From: an uncultured delta proteobacterium
GTDB taxonomy: Bacteria > Desulfobacterota > Desulfomonilia > Desulfomonilales > Desulfomonilaceae
DNA length: 64,000 nt
Reading direction: 5' to 3'
Assembly: GCA_963789265.1 (NCBI GenBank)
Contig: CAWBKB010000001.1
Location: 1,824,001 to 1,888,000 of the forward strand
Part shown: positions 9,481 through 20,249 of the stretch, in pieces
Layout of the letters: each line of letters opens with the position of its first letter
Position numbering within the stretch: the first letter of the stretch is position 1
Notes under the pieces: model-generated
Database searches by the model: none
Seen by the model: the letters and a program-made list of their open reading frames with translations, nothing else
Told to the model about the DNA's origin: nothing
Program-made: the position numbers and the translations under genes

Positions 9481-10854
9481 TCAATCAGCGGCCCGGTTCG
9501 CGACCATAATGCGGGCCCAACACGGCCACACCACATTAATTTTTGCGCGTCCGTTGCGCATCGCGAATTCTTCCCCCGGATTTAATAAGTCAATCAATTT
9601 GTTACAGTGACAGTCCGGAATGGCCAAGTCAAAAGAAGCCGGCTTATCAGATGCATTGACTAACACGACCACGCATTCTTCCGGCGTATGCCTGGCAAAA
9701 GCAAGCTGTTCGTGACGGACTACCAGTTGACGATAGTCTCCATATCTTAGAGCCTGAGACTCGCGGCGGATTCGCGCCAACCGGGAAATGGTTTTTACCA
9801 GGTCGCCATGCGGACTGGTTTGCGAAAGCATCGCGATATCAAGTTCCGGCCGCAATGCACTGTCGTCCCCGTTTTGCCTGATTGCCTGTATGCCCCATTC
9901 GCTCCCATAGTAGATCGAAGGAATCCCCGGCATAGTGAAAAGCAAACAGTATAATGTGTAAAGGTGCGCCGGATTGGTGAGGTTGCTGGCCACGCGATTG
10001 ACATCATGATTGTCGGCAAAATTATAAAGCGGCATATCGCGATACAGTCCGCGGTCACCAAACTGACGTTTCAGAGAATATGCAATTTCAAAAAAGTTGC
10101 GGTCCACGTGACTCGAATACAAGCCCTTGAAGCACTCGTAATTGGTCACCGAGTCAAGTGTTTCCGCATTGGCCCACTTCCGATAATCGCCGGCGACAAT
10201 CTCACCCATTAACCAAAAGTCGGATCGCATGCTTCGGCAGAACTTGCGAAGTTCCTTCAGAAAATCAATGTCAATGCAGTCTGCTGCATCCAACCGAAAG
10301 CCATCGACATCAAATTCTTGAATCCACATTTCAACGGCTCGGAAAAGATGGTCTTTAACCGCTGGATTGCGTAGATTGAGTTTCACAAGGTCGTAGTTAC
10401 TGTGCCAACCTGTGTAAGTAAACGGATCGCCAAAAGGGCTGCGCTTTCCAAAGCGAAGGTCATGAAACCAATCACGGTACGCTGAATGCTCATTATGCTC
10501 CCGGACATCGCGAAACGTCCAGAAATCCCGACCGACGTGGTTGAATACAGCATCGAGTATTACTCGGATTCCGTTTTGGTGCAGAGCGGAAATTACCTCC
10601 GATAGAGTGCGGTTGTGTCCCAGGCGACGGTCAACCAGGTAGTAGTCTGCGGTATCGTAACCGTGAGCGCTTGACTCAAACACAGGCCCCAACCACAGGG
10701 CATTTGTCCCGAGATTTTGTAGATGGCCGATCCAAGAGTATAGCCGCTCCAACCGCGGGGTTGCAGGCGAGTGAAAATCGTTGCGTTGCGGCGCGCCGCA
10801 CAAACCAAGCGGATAAATGTGGTAAAAGACGGAATCTCGTGCCCAATGTCTCAT
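9481..10854 (-). CDS. GH13 alpha-amylase family protein (cyclomaltodextrinase/neopullulanase-like)
   Basis: HGYDTADY, DAVFNH, DGFRLDAA, GEIV and DNHD conserved GH13 regions. Confidence 0.95.
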   Translation of the reverse strand: MRHWARDSVFYHIYPLGLCGAPQRNDFHSPATPRLERLYSWIGHLQNLGTNALWLGPVFESSAHGYDTADYYLVDRRLGHNRTLSEVISALHQNGIRVILDAVFNHVGRDFWTFRDVREHNEHSAYRDWFHDLRFGKRSPFGDPFTYTGWHSNYDLVKLNLRNPAVKDHLFRAVEMWIQEFDVDGFRLDAADCIDIDFLKELRKFCRSMRSDFWLMGEIVAGDYRKWANAETLDSVTNYECFKGLYSSHVDRNFFEIAYSLKRQFGDRGLYRDMPLYNFADNHDVNRVASNLTNPAHLYTLYCLLFTMPGIPSIYYGSEWGIQAIRQNGDDSALRPELDIAMLSQTSPHGDLVKTISRLARIRRESQALRYGDYRQLVVRHEQLAFARHTPEECVVVLVNASDKPASFDLAIPDCHCNKLIDLLNPGEEFAMRNGRAKINVVWPCWARIMVANRAAD

Positions 10855-10894
10855 TGATAATCCTCTCTAACGCTTTTGGAAGAGATCGGCACCC

Positions 10895-10912
10895 CTATAC
10901 CGATAGGTATAG
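10895..10912. promoter_or_regulatory. Putative TetR operator upstream of the GH13 gene
   Basis: CTATACC-GATA-GGTATAG palindrome; the same arms occur in the tetR promoter. Confidence 0.7.
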
Positions 10913-10934
10913 TGAGAAGACAAAAAAAAGCCGA

Positions 10935-11501
10935 TCAGGAATAAATTCCGTGCATATACTGATGAACTGCCTTGTAGGTCAATTCGTCATTCAGCTCGAT
11001 ATATCCGTTAAGCCATAAGCCGATATAGGTATTGATCATTCCCAGGAAGGTGGCGGCATAAGCCTTATGGCGTCCCTTCATATTGCCGTGGTCCCGTGCG
11101 GCCTGGATAAACAGGCTTTCCAGAAGCTTCTGCTGTTTCTCACCCAATCGAGCCACTGCCTTGAACGCGTCGCTGTCAGGAGGAGCAAACCACGCGGACA
11201 ACTGCATTCGATAGAGGAGTTTGTGTTCCTTTGCATAGTGAAAGTAAGCCGCAGCAGTACGGTAAAGAGTAAGAGGCAAATCGCGATGGTATTCGGCCGC
11301 GTGCTCTATTGACTGGTAGAAGACCGCAAAATGCTCGGCCAAAAGTGCATCCAACAGCCCACGCTTGCTGCCAAAATAATGATAAAGCGTGGGTTTGGTG
11401 ACATCCGCCTCGTCTACGATTTCCTGCACCCCGACCGCGTCATATCCGCGCGATGCGAATAACTCCAGAGCTTGGGCCAAGATGTTGGAGCGATTGTCCA
11501 T
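10935..11501 (-). CDS. TetR/AcrR-family regulator
   Basis: GYDAVGVQEIVDEADVTKPTLYHYFGSK HTH. Confidence 0.95.
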   Translation of the reverse strand: MDNRSNILAQALELFASRGYDAVGVQEIVDEADVTKPTLYHYFGSKRGLLDALLAEHFAVFYQSIEHAAEYHRDLPLTLYRTAAAYFHYAKEHKLLYRMQLSAWFAPPDSDAFKAVARLGEKQQKLLESLFIQAARDHGNMKGRHKAYAATFLGMINTYIGLWLNGYIELNDELTYKAVHQYMHGIYS

Positions 11502-11540
11502 GTAGAGCTTCCACCCAGACCTCTCCGCAAGACTGGAGTC

Positions 11541-11569
11541 AGTATACCTACCGGTATAGAACATGTCAA
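11541..11569 (-). promoter_or_regulatory. Sigma-70 promoter of tetR with overlapping operator
   Basis: TTGACA-N17-TATACT on the minus strand, with the palindrome TATACC-N4-GGTATA overlapping spacer and -10. Confidence 0.75.
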
Positions 11570-11651
11570 GGGCAGATATGCCGGCTATCTATGAGATCTC
11601 AAAAGTTCTGTCTTTTTTTGATTGAAATTCGGCTAATAAGGGTTGCCTTTT

Positions 11652-11723
<72 letters not shown>

Positions 11724-11832
11724 CAAACAATTCGGTGCTGACTTTCGAGAACTGCTATGGTAATGACTTGGTGGCGACGGGCTATCCGTCCGCCCATCAG
11801 CGACAGCCTGTCCCACCAATCTAAACTGGGTA

Positions 11833-12489
11833 TCAGCCAAGGAATTTCCGTATCTCGGCGATTATCCCTTCGAGAGCGCGAATAGATTTAACAATATCGC
11901 CCGGGATCTCCAGGCTGTGATCGGCGTCCTCAATTACCATCGCCTCTCCACCGGTTGCTTGCTGCACTTCGGCCAATTTTACCGGGTCGTAATGTGAATC
12001 AGCCGTGCCCACTACGAATAAGGATGGGCATGGCCTCTGTATTATCTGGGCACACAATTGGTCATTGCGTAAGATAGGTGTCAGCCAGACGCACTGTGGG
12101 GAGGGTAACGGCTCTGTGCCCGTCAATAAATGCCCCATACCTCGTGTACCGATTGACTTACCGACTAATGTCACCCGTTCATAGTCGCGTTGGACTAATG
12201 CAGCTTCATACGCTGCCATCGTGTCCGTACGCAACCAAACATCGCGTTCTTCATCAGGCGCGGACCTGAAGTCCGGACGCTGGAAATAGTTGTATCCGAC
12301 TAACAGAACATCGGCTCCGGATTGTAGAAGTAATCGTCCTGGATAATACATGAGCGGCATCTGGGCGGTATAACCGAACCCCGGGAATATGACGGCAATG
12401 TGGACGGCCTCATCCTTTTGACGAAAAAAAGTGGAACGTAAGACCTCATTGCGGTGACCAATGATGTTCAGTGTTTCAATAGAATGCAT
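11833..12489 (-). CDS. Alpha/beta-fold hydrolase
   Basis: GKSIG nucleophile elbow, GTADS acid, ADHSL His. Confidence 0.85.
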   Translation of the reverse strand: MHSIETLNIIGHRNEVLRSTFFRQKDEAVHIAVIFPGFGYTAQMPLMYYPGRLLLQSGADVLLVGYNYFQRPDFRSAPDEERDVWLRTDTMAAYEAALVQRDYERVTLVGKSIGTRGMGHLLTGTEPLPSPQCVWLTPILRNDQLCAQIIQRPCPSLFVVGTADSHYDPVKLAEVQQATGGEAMVIEDADHSLEIPGDIVKSIRALEGIIAEIRKFLG

Positions 12490-12757
12490 GGTCCATACTC
12501 CAAGAAGTAAGATCGGTAGCGGTCCTTACCCACGCAAATTCGACGAAACCTTTAGCAGTTTAAGGGCGTACTTTCGGTCAATATACAGGAAATGCCGGCG
12601 GGAAGAAAATAGGATATGTCGCCCTGCGCGCTAATTCAATGTCGGAATTCAGGGATCCATCCCGAGACTGGGGGGAGGCGGTCTCCCCTTCCACCTCCCC
12701 CTGCCCTATCGTAATTGGCGACGATTTGACTTGTCCTTATGAACAGTGGAATATCTT

Positions 12758-14042
12758 CTATTGGTCTTTTTCGAACTTGTCAAACATCCACACTACCGGC
12801 TGCTGTGCAGCGATTTGCGCCTGCTGTATAGTTTTGTTGAAATCGCCCCGGGTTTTCAGCCACCACGCCACCAGGCGCACCGGGCTATATTTGCCTGCGG
12901 TTCCGATTGTCTGCACTGATCCGGGAACTTCCATACGCCCTGCCGGTGTGATCCCATAGAATTCCGATGGAAACTCGCTCCCTCGAAGGGGAAACGCTTT
13001 CGGCAATGCCGCCCGAATTGCAACAGGATCCTTCACAGTGCCGGCAGCGACCATGGCCCTCGCCAAGGCGTTCATTGCACAATAATTGAGCACTACTTCC
13101 CAGGTCAGCATATGCTTGTACTCGCTCGTGTATTTTTTGTTAAAGTTCGCCGCTGCGGGTGTAGGAGACTGCGCCACGGCCGCTACTCCAATGGTGTTGC
13201 CCATCAACTTGGTCCCCTTGAGAACATGGGCAATGTAATCCATCTTGGCTTGATCGATCAGAACAAATCCACCCTTGTATCCCAGACCCCTGGCCTGCTC
13301 GATGACCAGCGCCGTAGTGGGGGATGGACCACCAATGAGCAGGAAATCCGGCTTCGTTGCCAGGGCCGCGGTCAACTGCGCGGAAAAATCAGTTTCAGTA
13401 TAGTAGTTCGCCGGTTTGTCCGCAGTGATCTGACCGCCTTTTGCCAACCAATATTTCTTGAAAACCTGCCGCCATTCGTCTCCTGTACGCCCCAAGGGTC
13501 ACCACCATAGCTGCCTTGCGCCATCCCTTTTTCCAAGCGAGCTCACTAAAGCTGCTCACGTACACAGTGAACGGTGGCGGGATGGCAGAAAGCAATTTGT
13601 TCTTCATCTCAACCACCTTCGGCGTGCTGGTGTAAGCCATCACTAGAAACTCATGCCCCTTCTCCTGGTTGATTCTGGCCATAGCTGCAAGGGTATTGAA
13701 CACAGGGTTGAACACTGCGGGCGCCTTGTACTCATCCAGCAACTTCCGCGAGTTGTTGACTGCTTGGGTGGGATCGATTCGATCGTCAAGCTTGACCAGC
13801 TTGAAAACGCACTTCTCTCCACCAACAGTGATGCCTCCGGCAGTGTTGATTTCCTTGATGGCCATATCCACCCCGTTTGAGCAGTCCTGGCCGTATTCCG
13901 CAGCCACACCGCTCAAGGGTCCGGAAAACCCGATCACCACTTCTTTCGCCCCCTGTGCCAATGCACCGGCGGCGAGCCAGACCGAGACAAAACCTACTGC
14001 CAGGAGCAACACTAATCCTGTGAATCCTTTAGAGTTCCTCAT
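12758..14042 (-). pseudogene. Liv-type ABC substrate-binding protein, +1 frameshift at ~13484 (possibly a sequencing error)
   Basis: Two ORFs join into a close paralogue of 17803-19080: TAC-A-GGA-GAC versus TAC-GGA-GAC. Confidence 0.85.
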
Positions 14043-14354
14043 CGCTTTACCCCCTTTTGTGTGTTGAATTTGACTGAATGCCTGTTTCCCGAAGTTGCCG
14101 GCCGGAAACATTTCACAACCGACGAGTATGACAGCTCTTATGAATGGAATTTCAGTTTGCTGTAAAAGAGAGTCAGGTCCACCGCTACCTAGTAGCAATC
14201 CTCTCGGGGCCAAGCCGCAAAAGAATTGCGGGAATTGCCCGAATTTCGGGGATGAGGCTCCTGCCCTGCGCAGTCAATGAATCATTTGCACGGGCCCTCT
14301 GCCATAGCCCACGCCATTCCGATTCATGTTTAAGCAGGGCGACATGGAATCCGC

Positions 14355-15065
14355 TCACGTTCCGATATATGCCTTTTTAACTTTGTCGTCATTCATCAAC
14401 TCGGAACTTGGTCCATGCAGCACAATCCTTCCGCTCTCGAGGACATAGCCGCTGCTCGCTACCATCAAGGCCATGTTCGCATTCTGCTCGGACAAGAATA
14501 TCGTGGTTCCCGCTTCATGTATGGCTTTGACAACCTCCCCGATGATCTGCCGAACCACAATCGGGGCCAACCCCATGGAAGGTTCGTCGAGCAGCAACAT
14601 TTCCGGCTTGGACATCAGAGCACGGGCGATGGCCAGCGTCTGCTGTTCCCCGCCACTGAAGGTCCCGGCCAGTTGGTTTGTCCGTTGCTTCAAGATGGGG
14701 AACAGAGCATAGACCTGTTCCAGGGATTGCCGAACGCCGTTTCGATCCTTGCGACGTGCATAGGCACCCAGCATCAAGTTTTTTCGGACCGAGAGCTGAG
14801 GAAAGAGTTGGCGCCCTTCCGGACACAATGAAAGACCCAAGCTCACGATCCTGTGGGCCGGCATTTCGTCGATACGCCGCCCCTTGAATTCAATCGTCCC
14901 GTTGGACGGCTTGATAGCCCCGGCAATGGTCCGGAATAAAGTAGTTTTGCCGGCGCCGTTGCTTCCCAGGAGAGTGACGCAATCTCCCTGTGGTATTTCT
15001 AAAGAAATATCTCGGACTGCCTCGAATCCGCCAAGGACCGTGGAAACATTGGTAAGTCTAAGCAA
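14355..15065 (-). CDS. ABC transporter ATP-binding protein (LivF-like)
   Basis: GSNGAGKTT, FSGGEQQ, LLDEPSMGLAP. Confidence 0.95.
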   Translation of the reverse strand: MLRLTNVSTVLGGFEAVRDISLEIPQGDCVTLLGSNGAGKTTLFRTIAGAIKPSNGTIEFKGRRIDEMPAHRIVSLGLSLCPEGRQLFPQLSVRKNLMLGAYARRKDRNGVRQSLEQVYALFPILKQRTNQLAGTFSGGEQQTLAIARALMSKPEMLLLDEPSMGLAPIVVRQIIGEVVKAIHEAGTTIFLSEQNANMALMVASSGYVLESGRIVLHGPSSELMNDDKVKKAYIGT

Positions 15066-15825
15066 CGTATTTCTCTCCCAGATAGGCCTCGATCACCTCA
15101 GGATTGTTGCCGATTTCTTCAGGCGATCCCTCTGCGATCACCCTACCGAAGCTCAGAACGATGATGCGGTGGACCAGGCCCATCACCATTCGCATCTTGT
15201 GTTCCACGAGGCAAACTGTGATCCCTGCGACCCGATGGATCTTCTCGATCAACCTGGTGATTTCATCGGTATCCTCTACGATTAGGCCGCCGGTAGGCTC
15301 GTCAAGCAGGATCATCTTCGGTTGACGGATCAGCGCCACCCCGATCGACAGCCGCTTCTGCTCCAACTGAGAGAGGGTGGAGACGTAATGAAGCGCCTTC
15401 GTTTCCAGTCCGATGAAATTCAATGTCTCTGCAACGCGAGCGTTGGTTTCGGCCTCGTCGCACTTCCAGCGGCCGGTATGAAAGAGAGTGGACCAGAAAC
15501 CGCTCTTCGTGTTCAATCTGTAACCCAGAGCGAGATTGTCCGCGACTCGTAACTGGTCAAATAGAGCCGTTGTTTGAAAGGTACGGGCGATTCCTTTGGC
15601 CGCGATCAGATGGGGCTTCAGATTGGTAATGTCCTCCTCCTGAAGACGTATCTTCCCGGAAGTGGGCTTAAGCAGACCGCTGATCAGGCCGAACAGAACA
15701 GATTTTCCCGCTCCGTTGGGTCCGACAATGCCCAGTATCTCCCCCTCGCGAACGTTCAGAGACACGCTCTCCACTGCGGCCAGGCCGGCAAATCGTTTGG
15801 TGAGATTCTCAACCTGCAACAGCAC
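15058..15825 (-). CDS. ABC transporter ATP-binding protein (LivG-like)
   Basis: GPNGAGKS, GIARTFQ, LLDEP, VEHKM, VIEAYLG; GTG start at 15825. Confidence 0.95.
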   Translation of the reverse strand: MLLQVENLTKRFAGLAAVESVSLNVREGEILGIVGPNGAGKSVLFGLISGLLKPTSGKIRLQEEDITNLKPHLIAAKGIARTFQTTALFDQLRVADNLALGYRLNTKSGFWSTLFHTGRWKCDEAETNARVAETLNFIGLETKALHYVSTLSQLEQKRLSIGVALIRQPKMILLDEPTGGLIVEDTDEITRLIEKIHRVAGITVCLVEHKMRMVMGLVHRIIVLSFGRVIAEGSPEEIGNNPEVIEAYLGEKYVA

Positions 15826-16816
15826 TCTTCTCTCCCCTCTTTCGGTCTTGAAAGACCGACACTCTTTGTTGCAAATCATTTATTGCGCCCATGATCCCAC
15901 GGGGAAAGTAGATGATAACCGCGATCAACAGGAAACCAAAAATAATCATTTGGTACCCTTCCAGAAACTGAAGGTGCTCCATTAGCACAGGAATGGCAAA
16001 GGCACCGACAATGGGGCCCGCGAGGGTTGCGGCTCCTCCCAGTAGCAGATATACAAGCCAGTTGAAGGTCAGGTCGATGGAGGCAGTGCTGGGGCTGATG
16101 CTTCCTACCAGGCTCGCATAAATACCACCGGCTATTCCGGCAAAAAAGTTGCCCACTACAAAAGAAAGAACCTTTGCGGAAAACGTGTTGATCCCCACTG
16201 ACTCGGCCAGAATTTCATTGTTTCGAATTGCCATGAAGCTGAGCCCCAAGAGCGAATAGACAAGACGGTGCATAGCCAGCAGGGTGAAGAGCAAGAAAGC
16301 CAGGACCAAATAGTACTGGGCGGTCATAGATTCAAAACTGATTGTCCCGATCCAAGGAATGTGGAGCGGGGTGGGCGACGGGATCCCGACTATGCCTGTG
16401 TATCCCCCTGTGAGGTCAATCCAGTTTCCTGCCACGATGGAAACAATGACCCCGAAACAAAGCGTGGAAATAGCAAAATAGGAACCCCGGGTGCGAAGGG
16501 TCGGCAACCCGATCAGAAAGCCGACCAACGCCGCAAGTAGCGCTGACAACGGGAGCGCCAGCCAAAAAGAGACGCCGCTGTTCGTCATTAGGGCCACTCC
16601 ATAAGACCCGATGCCGAAAAAACCTGCGTGGGCCAACGAAGCCTGGCCGGTATAGCCCAAGATCAGGTTCAGACTAAGGGTGCAAATCGAGAAGAGGCAG
16701 CCCATGATCACGATCTGGAACGCGTAGCGGTCGGTGATCAATAATGGCAATGCCAGGGCCAAAACCAGCACAAGCAGATAAAACCACTTAACACTTGAGG
16801 ACGTTCCGGTCGGCAT
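15809..16816 (-). CDS. ABC transporter permease (LivM-like)
   Basis: LNLILGYTGQASLAHAGFFGIG, LRTRGSYFAISTL, AIRNNE. Confidence 0.95.
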   Translation of the reverse strand: MPTGTSSSVKWFYLLVLVLALALPLLITDRYAFQIVIMGCLFSICTLSLNLILGYTGQASLAHAGFFGIGSYGVALMTNSGVSFWLALPLSALLAALVGFLIGLPTLRTRGSYFAISTLCFGVIVSIVAGNWIDLTGGYTGIVGIPSPTPLHIPWIGTISFESMTAQYYLVLAFLLFTLLAMHRLVYSLLGLSFMAIRNNEILAESVGINTFSAKVLSFVVGNFFAGIAGGIYASLVGSISPSTASIDLTFNWLVYLLLGGAATLAGPIVGAFAIPVLMEHLQFLEGYQMIIFGFLLIAVIIYFPRGIMGAINDLQQRVSVFQDRKRGEKSAVAG

Positions 16817-17679
16817 CAGTTCATCTCCCTTCCGAATAAACCGGTGGGTCTGATGGCCAGTATCAGTATCAGAGCGCCGAAGGCATACACATCTTTATAC
16901 GCGGCGGAAAAATACCCGCCTCCGAGGGTCTCGATCAGTCCCAACATGTATCCTCCCACGATTGCTCCAGGAATGCTGCCCAGCCCTCCCAATATGACAA
17001 TGATGAAGGCCTTCATTCCCAGAAGAGCTCCCATCGTGGGGGAGATCATAAAGATGGGAGCCACCAGACAAGCCGCCGCGGCGGCCGTAGCAGCCGAAAT
17101 TGCAAAAGTCAATGAAGAGACCCGATTTACGTTGATTCCGACGAGCATAGCCCCTTCGCGGTTCTGGGCCACCGCTTCGATGGTTGTCCCGGTAGTGGTC
17201 TTCTTGATCAGGATCTGGAGCAGGACGATTAAAAAGATCGCAGCCCCGATGACGAGCAACCGCTGGTAGGTCATGGTGATCCCGAAGACGTCCACGCTCC
17301 CCGGATAGGGAATGTCCATTCGCTGCCCCTGTGGACCCCAAAATGCTATTACTCCAGTTTCCAGGATCATCAATGCCCCGATAGCCGAGATGAAGGAATT
17401 AATGTGAGGCTTGCCCCGCAAGGGGCGAAAGACCAACCGTTCCATCACCATCCCAACGGCGGCCAGGATCACCATTGAAGCAATTAAGGCTGTCCAATAA
17501 CCGAATCCGTAGAGGGTCATCAAAAAGAAACTGATGTAAGCGCCCAGCATGTAAAGGTGCCCGTGAGCAAAATTGGGTACGTTTAAGATCCCAAACACCA
17601 AAGTCAGCCCCAAAGCCACTATCGCATAGGTGCTACCCAGCATGATGCCATTGAACATCTGTTGCAGGAAAAGTTCCAT
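16816..17679 (-). CDS. ABC transporter permease (LivH-like)
   Basis: YAIVALGLTLVFGILNVPNFAHG, KAFIIVILGGLGS. Confidence 0.95.
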   Translation of the reverse strand: MELFLQQMFNGIMLGSTYAIVALGLTLVFGILNVPNFAHGHLYMLGAYISFFLMTLYGFGYWTALIASMVILAAVGMVMERLVFRPLRGKPHINSFISAIGALMILETGVIAFWGPQGQRMDIPYPGSVDVFGITMTYQRLLVIGAAIFLIVLLQILIKKTTTGTTIEAVAQNREGAMLVGINVNRVSSLTFAISAATAAAAACLVAPIFMISPTMGALLGMKAFIIVILGGLGSIPGAIVGGYMLGLIETLGGGYFSAAYKDVYAFGALILILAIRPTGLFGREMN

Positions 17680-17802
17680 ACGCCTATCACCCCTGGGACC
17701 AGCAAACGGCTGCACGCCGAGCGGTCGTCACGACATACATAGACTATCAATCCACAATCATGACCTCTCACCTTTGCGAGAAGCCTGGATCGGATCCGCG
17801 CC

Positions 17803-19080
17803 CTACTCTTCCTTTTCGAACTTGAAAAACTGCCACCTCGCGTTCTCGACCGGCGTTGTCCTTGACTTAAACTTGTTGAACTCCTCCTTGGTCTTCAACC
17901 ACCAGGCACACATTTCTATCGGGCCATATTTCCCCTTGTCATTAATTGCCTGCACAGATCCGGCGATCTCCATGCGGCCCCCTGGAGTAATCCCGAAGTA
18001 TTCGACAGGGAATTTATCACCGGTGAGAGGAAAGGCCTTGGGAAAGGCTGCCCGAATTTTAACGGCGTCCTTCACGGTTCCGGCCTTAACCATAGCTCGG
18101 GCCAGGGCCCGCATAGCACAGTAATTGAGGGCTACTTCCCAGGTTTGCATGCGCTTGTACGTCGCCACGTATTTTTTGTCAAAGGCCGGTGCCGCTGCCG
18201 TAGGAGACAAGGCAACGGCCGCTACTCCAATGGTGTTTCCCATCAACTTGTTACCCTTAAGAATATGGGCAATGTAATCCATCTTGGCCTGATCTATCAG
18301 AACAAATCCCCCATTGAATCCCAGACCTCTGGCCTGCTCGATTACCAGCGCCGTGGTAGGGGAAGGTCCACCAATAAGCAAGAAATCCGGCTTGGTTGCC
18401 AGAGCCGCTGTTAGTTGCGCGGAAAAATCCGTCTCTGTATAGTAATTTGCCGGTTTGTCCGCGGTAATCTTGCCGCCTTTTTCCTGCCAATATTTTTTGA
18501 ATGCCTGACGCCATTCGTCTCCGTAAGCTCCGAGGGTTACCACCATCGCGGCCTTTCGCCAGCCCTTTTTCCACGCCAGGTCGGAAAAACTCTTCACGTA
18601 CACGGTAAATGGGGGCGGAATTGCGGCCAGCAATTTGTTGCCCATTTGTACTGCCTTCGGCGTGCTGGTATATGCCATGACGAGAAACTCGTGCCCCTTC
18701 TCCTGGTTGATTCTCGCGATCGGCGCAATGGTGGTGAAGACCGGGTTAAACACTGCCGGCGCCTTGTACTCATCCAGCAACTTGCGAGCGTTGTTAACTG
18801 CCTCGGTGGGATCCGCGCGATCGTCGAGCTTCACTAGTTTGAAATCGTACTTTTCCCCGCCGACAGTAATGCCTCCGGTAGTGTTAATGGCATTGATCGC
18901 CATTTCCACTCCGTTCACGCAATCCTGACCGTATTCTGCCGCCACGCCGCTGAGAGGTCCGGTAAATCCTATCGCTACTTCTTTTGCTGTCTGTGCAGAG
19001 GCATCGGCAGCATACCAGGCCAACCCGAGAGCCGCCGCAAGGAAGAACGCAAGACCGACGAATCCCGCCCTATACCTCAT
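17803..19080 (-). CDS. Liv-type ABC substrate-binding protein
   Basis: Signal peptide, IGFTGPLSGVAAEYG, TDFSAQLT. Confidence 0.95.
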   Translation of the reverse strand: MRYRAGFVGLAFFLAAALGLAWYAADASAQTAKEVAIGFTGPLSGVAAEYGQDCVNGVEMAINAINTTGGITVGGEKYDFKLVKLDDRADPTEAVNNARKLLDEYKAPAVFNPVFTTIAPIARINQEKGHEFLVMAYTSTPKAVQMGNKLLAAIPPPFTVYVKSFSDLAWKKGWRKAAMVVTLGAYGDEWRQAFKKYWQEKGGKITADKPANYYTETDFSAQLTAALATKPDFLLIGGPSPTTALVIEQARGLGFNGGFVLIDQAKMDYIAHILKGNKLMGNTIGVAAVALSPTAAAPAFDKKYVATYKRMQTWEVALNYCAMRALARAMVKAGTVKDAVKIRAAFPKAFPLTGDKFPVEYFGITPGGRMEIAGSVQAINDKGKYGPIEMCAWWLKTKEEFNKFKSRTTPVENARWQFFKFEKEE

Positions 19081-19238
19081 CTCTGTTTCCTCCTCTCATT
19101 GAATTGGAGGCCGTGCCGTTCCCGTCCCCTTCTTGAAGCTCGGGGGGCCTGGGATTCCGGCCTCAAATAAAAACACAAAGACAGTTTTTGCGCCAGGACG
19201 TTTTCCGAACGGCGTGAAACGGCGCCATCCGACTCAGC

Positions 19239-19985
19239 CTACTCGTGCGCCTTCGTCTCAGGCTCCAAGAACGGCGACGACATAATCTCGTAAACTTCAC
19301 GAGAGAGCTTCCGATAGAGGTGGTAAAAGAACATTCCCGTAATCTCCCTCGCCTGCACACTTCGCAGGCTGTATTCCTGGGGAGAGAGCTCGCCCGAGCC
19401 TGCCTGTCTGTAATACTTGTGCGTCATGATCACAATCTCCCAGAATTGGTCGCGGTAGCGTTTCAGGGCCTCGGGATCGAAGCCGTCTTTAGGCCCCAAT
19501 CCGATCCTGTCCATGTCTACGATGACCTTGCCCAATGCAAGATCGTCCTGGGAGTAGACCTTGCGACCGTTGCGGGTCTCCGGGGTTATAATCCGCCATT
19601 CCTCGAACTTGGCTAACCATCGCCAACTCAGGCCGGTGGCCTTGCGGAAATCCTCCTCTCCGACTATTTCCATGGGAAGAAGCTTGTCCACAGGGCGAAA
19701 GTAGTAAGTATGAAGCTGTAGGAGCCACTCCCGTTCCGGAGAGCCCTTCTCGTATTTGAGAATCCTTTTGATGACGGACAGGGGGAGAAAACAGTGGTCT
19801 TGGAATTCCTTGATGAGTCGTATCCGTTCCACATAATTCCCATTATAGTCAGCAACGTTTTTCCCGAATTTTCGAGGTCGTGGCAGAAGTCCCTCGCGGA
19901 TATAATAGTGGATCGTCTCCTTGGACACCTGGGTCTGCTTAACCAACTCGCTGATCTTCACCGGATTCCTCGACGTGAGTCGCAC
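19239..19985 (-). CDS. MerR-family transcriptional regulator
   Basis: KISELVKQTQVSKETIHYYIREGLLP, plus a second MerR-like HTH. Confidence 0.9.
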   Translation of the reverse strand: MRLTSRNPVKISELVKQTQVSKETIHYYIREGLLPRPRKFGKNVADYNGNYVERIRLIKEFQDHCFLPLSVIKRILKYEKGSPEREWLLQLHTYYFRPVDKLLPMEIVGEEDFRKATGLSWRWLAKFEEWRIITPETRNGRKVYSQDDLALGKVIVDMDRIGLGPKDGFDPEALKRYRDQFWEIVIMTHKYYRQAGSGELSPQEYSLRSVQAREITGMFFYHLYRKLSREVYEIMSSPFLEPETKAHE

Positions 19986-20076
19986 GGTCCCTCTTCTTGT
20001 CCGTCAGGAGAGGGGAACTTCAGCTCAGACGCTCGTGCCCGCTCTGAGAGTGTGGGTCAAATGATGATAAGCGCAG

Positions 20077-20105
20077 TTTATAGGACATTCGGCCCGGTCT
20101 GTCAA
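20077..20105 (-). promoter_or_regulatory. Sigma-70 promoter of the merR-liv operon
   Basis: TTGACA-N17-TATAAA on the minus strand. Confidence 0.6.
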
Positions 20106-20249
20106 ACAAAAAAAATTCTAGATAACATATAGGCTGATGTTTTCGCGTGACTTTTTCATGAAGTATATAGTAACACTTATCGTTATGAAGTTCGCGGCGC
20201 CTGTCAAGGGGGCCTTATCACTAATCAGCAGTGACTGGAGGTAGCAAGC

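Noticed and set aside
12670..12702. GC-rich hairpin as an intrinsic terminator after the binding-protein gene
   Set aside because: A stem is present but there is no U-tract on the relevant strand, so the function is unsupported.
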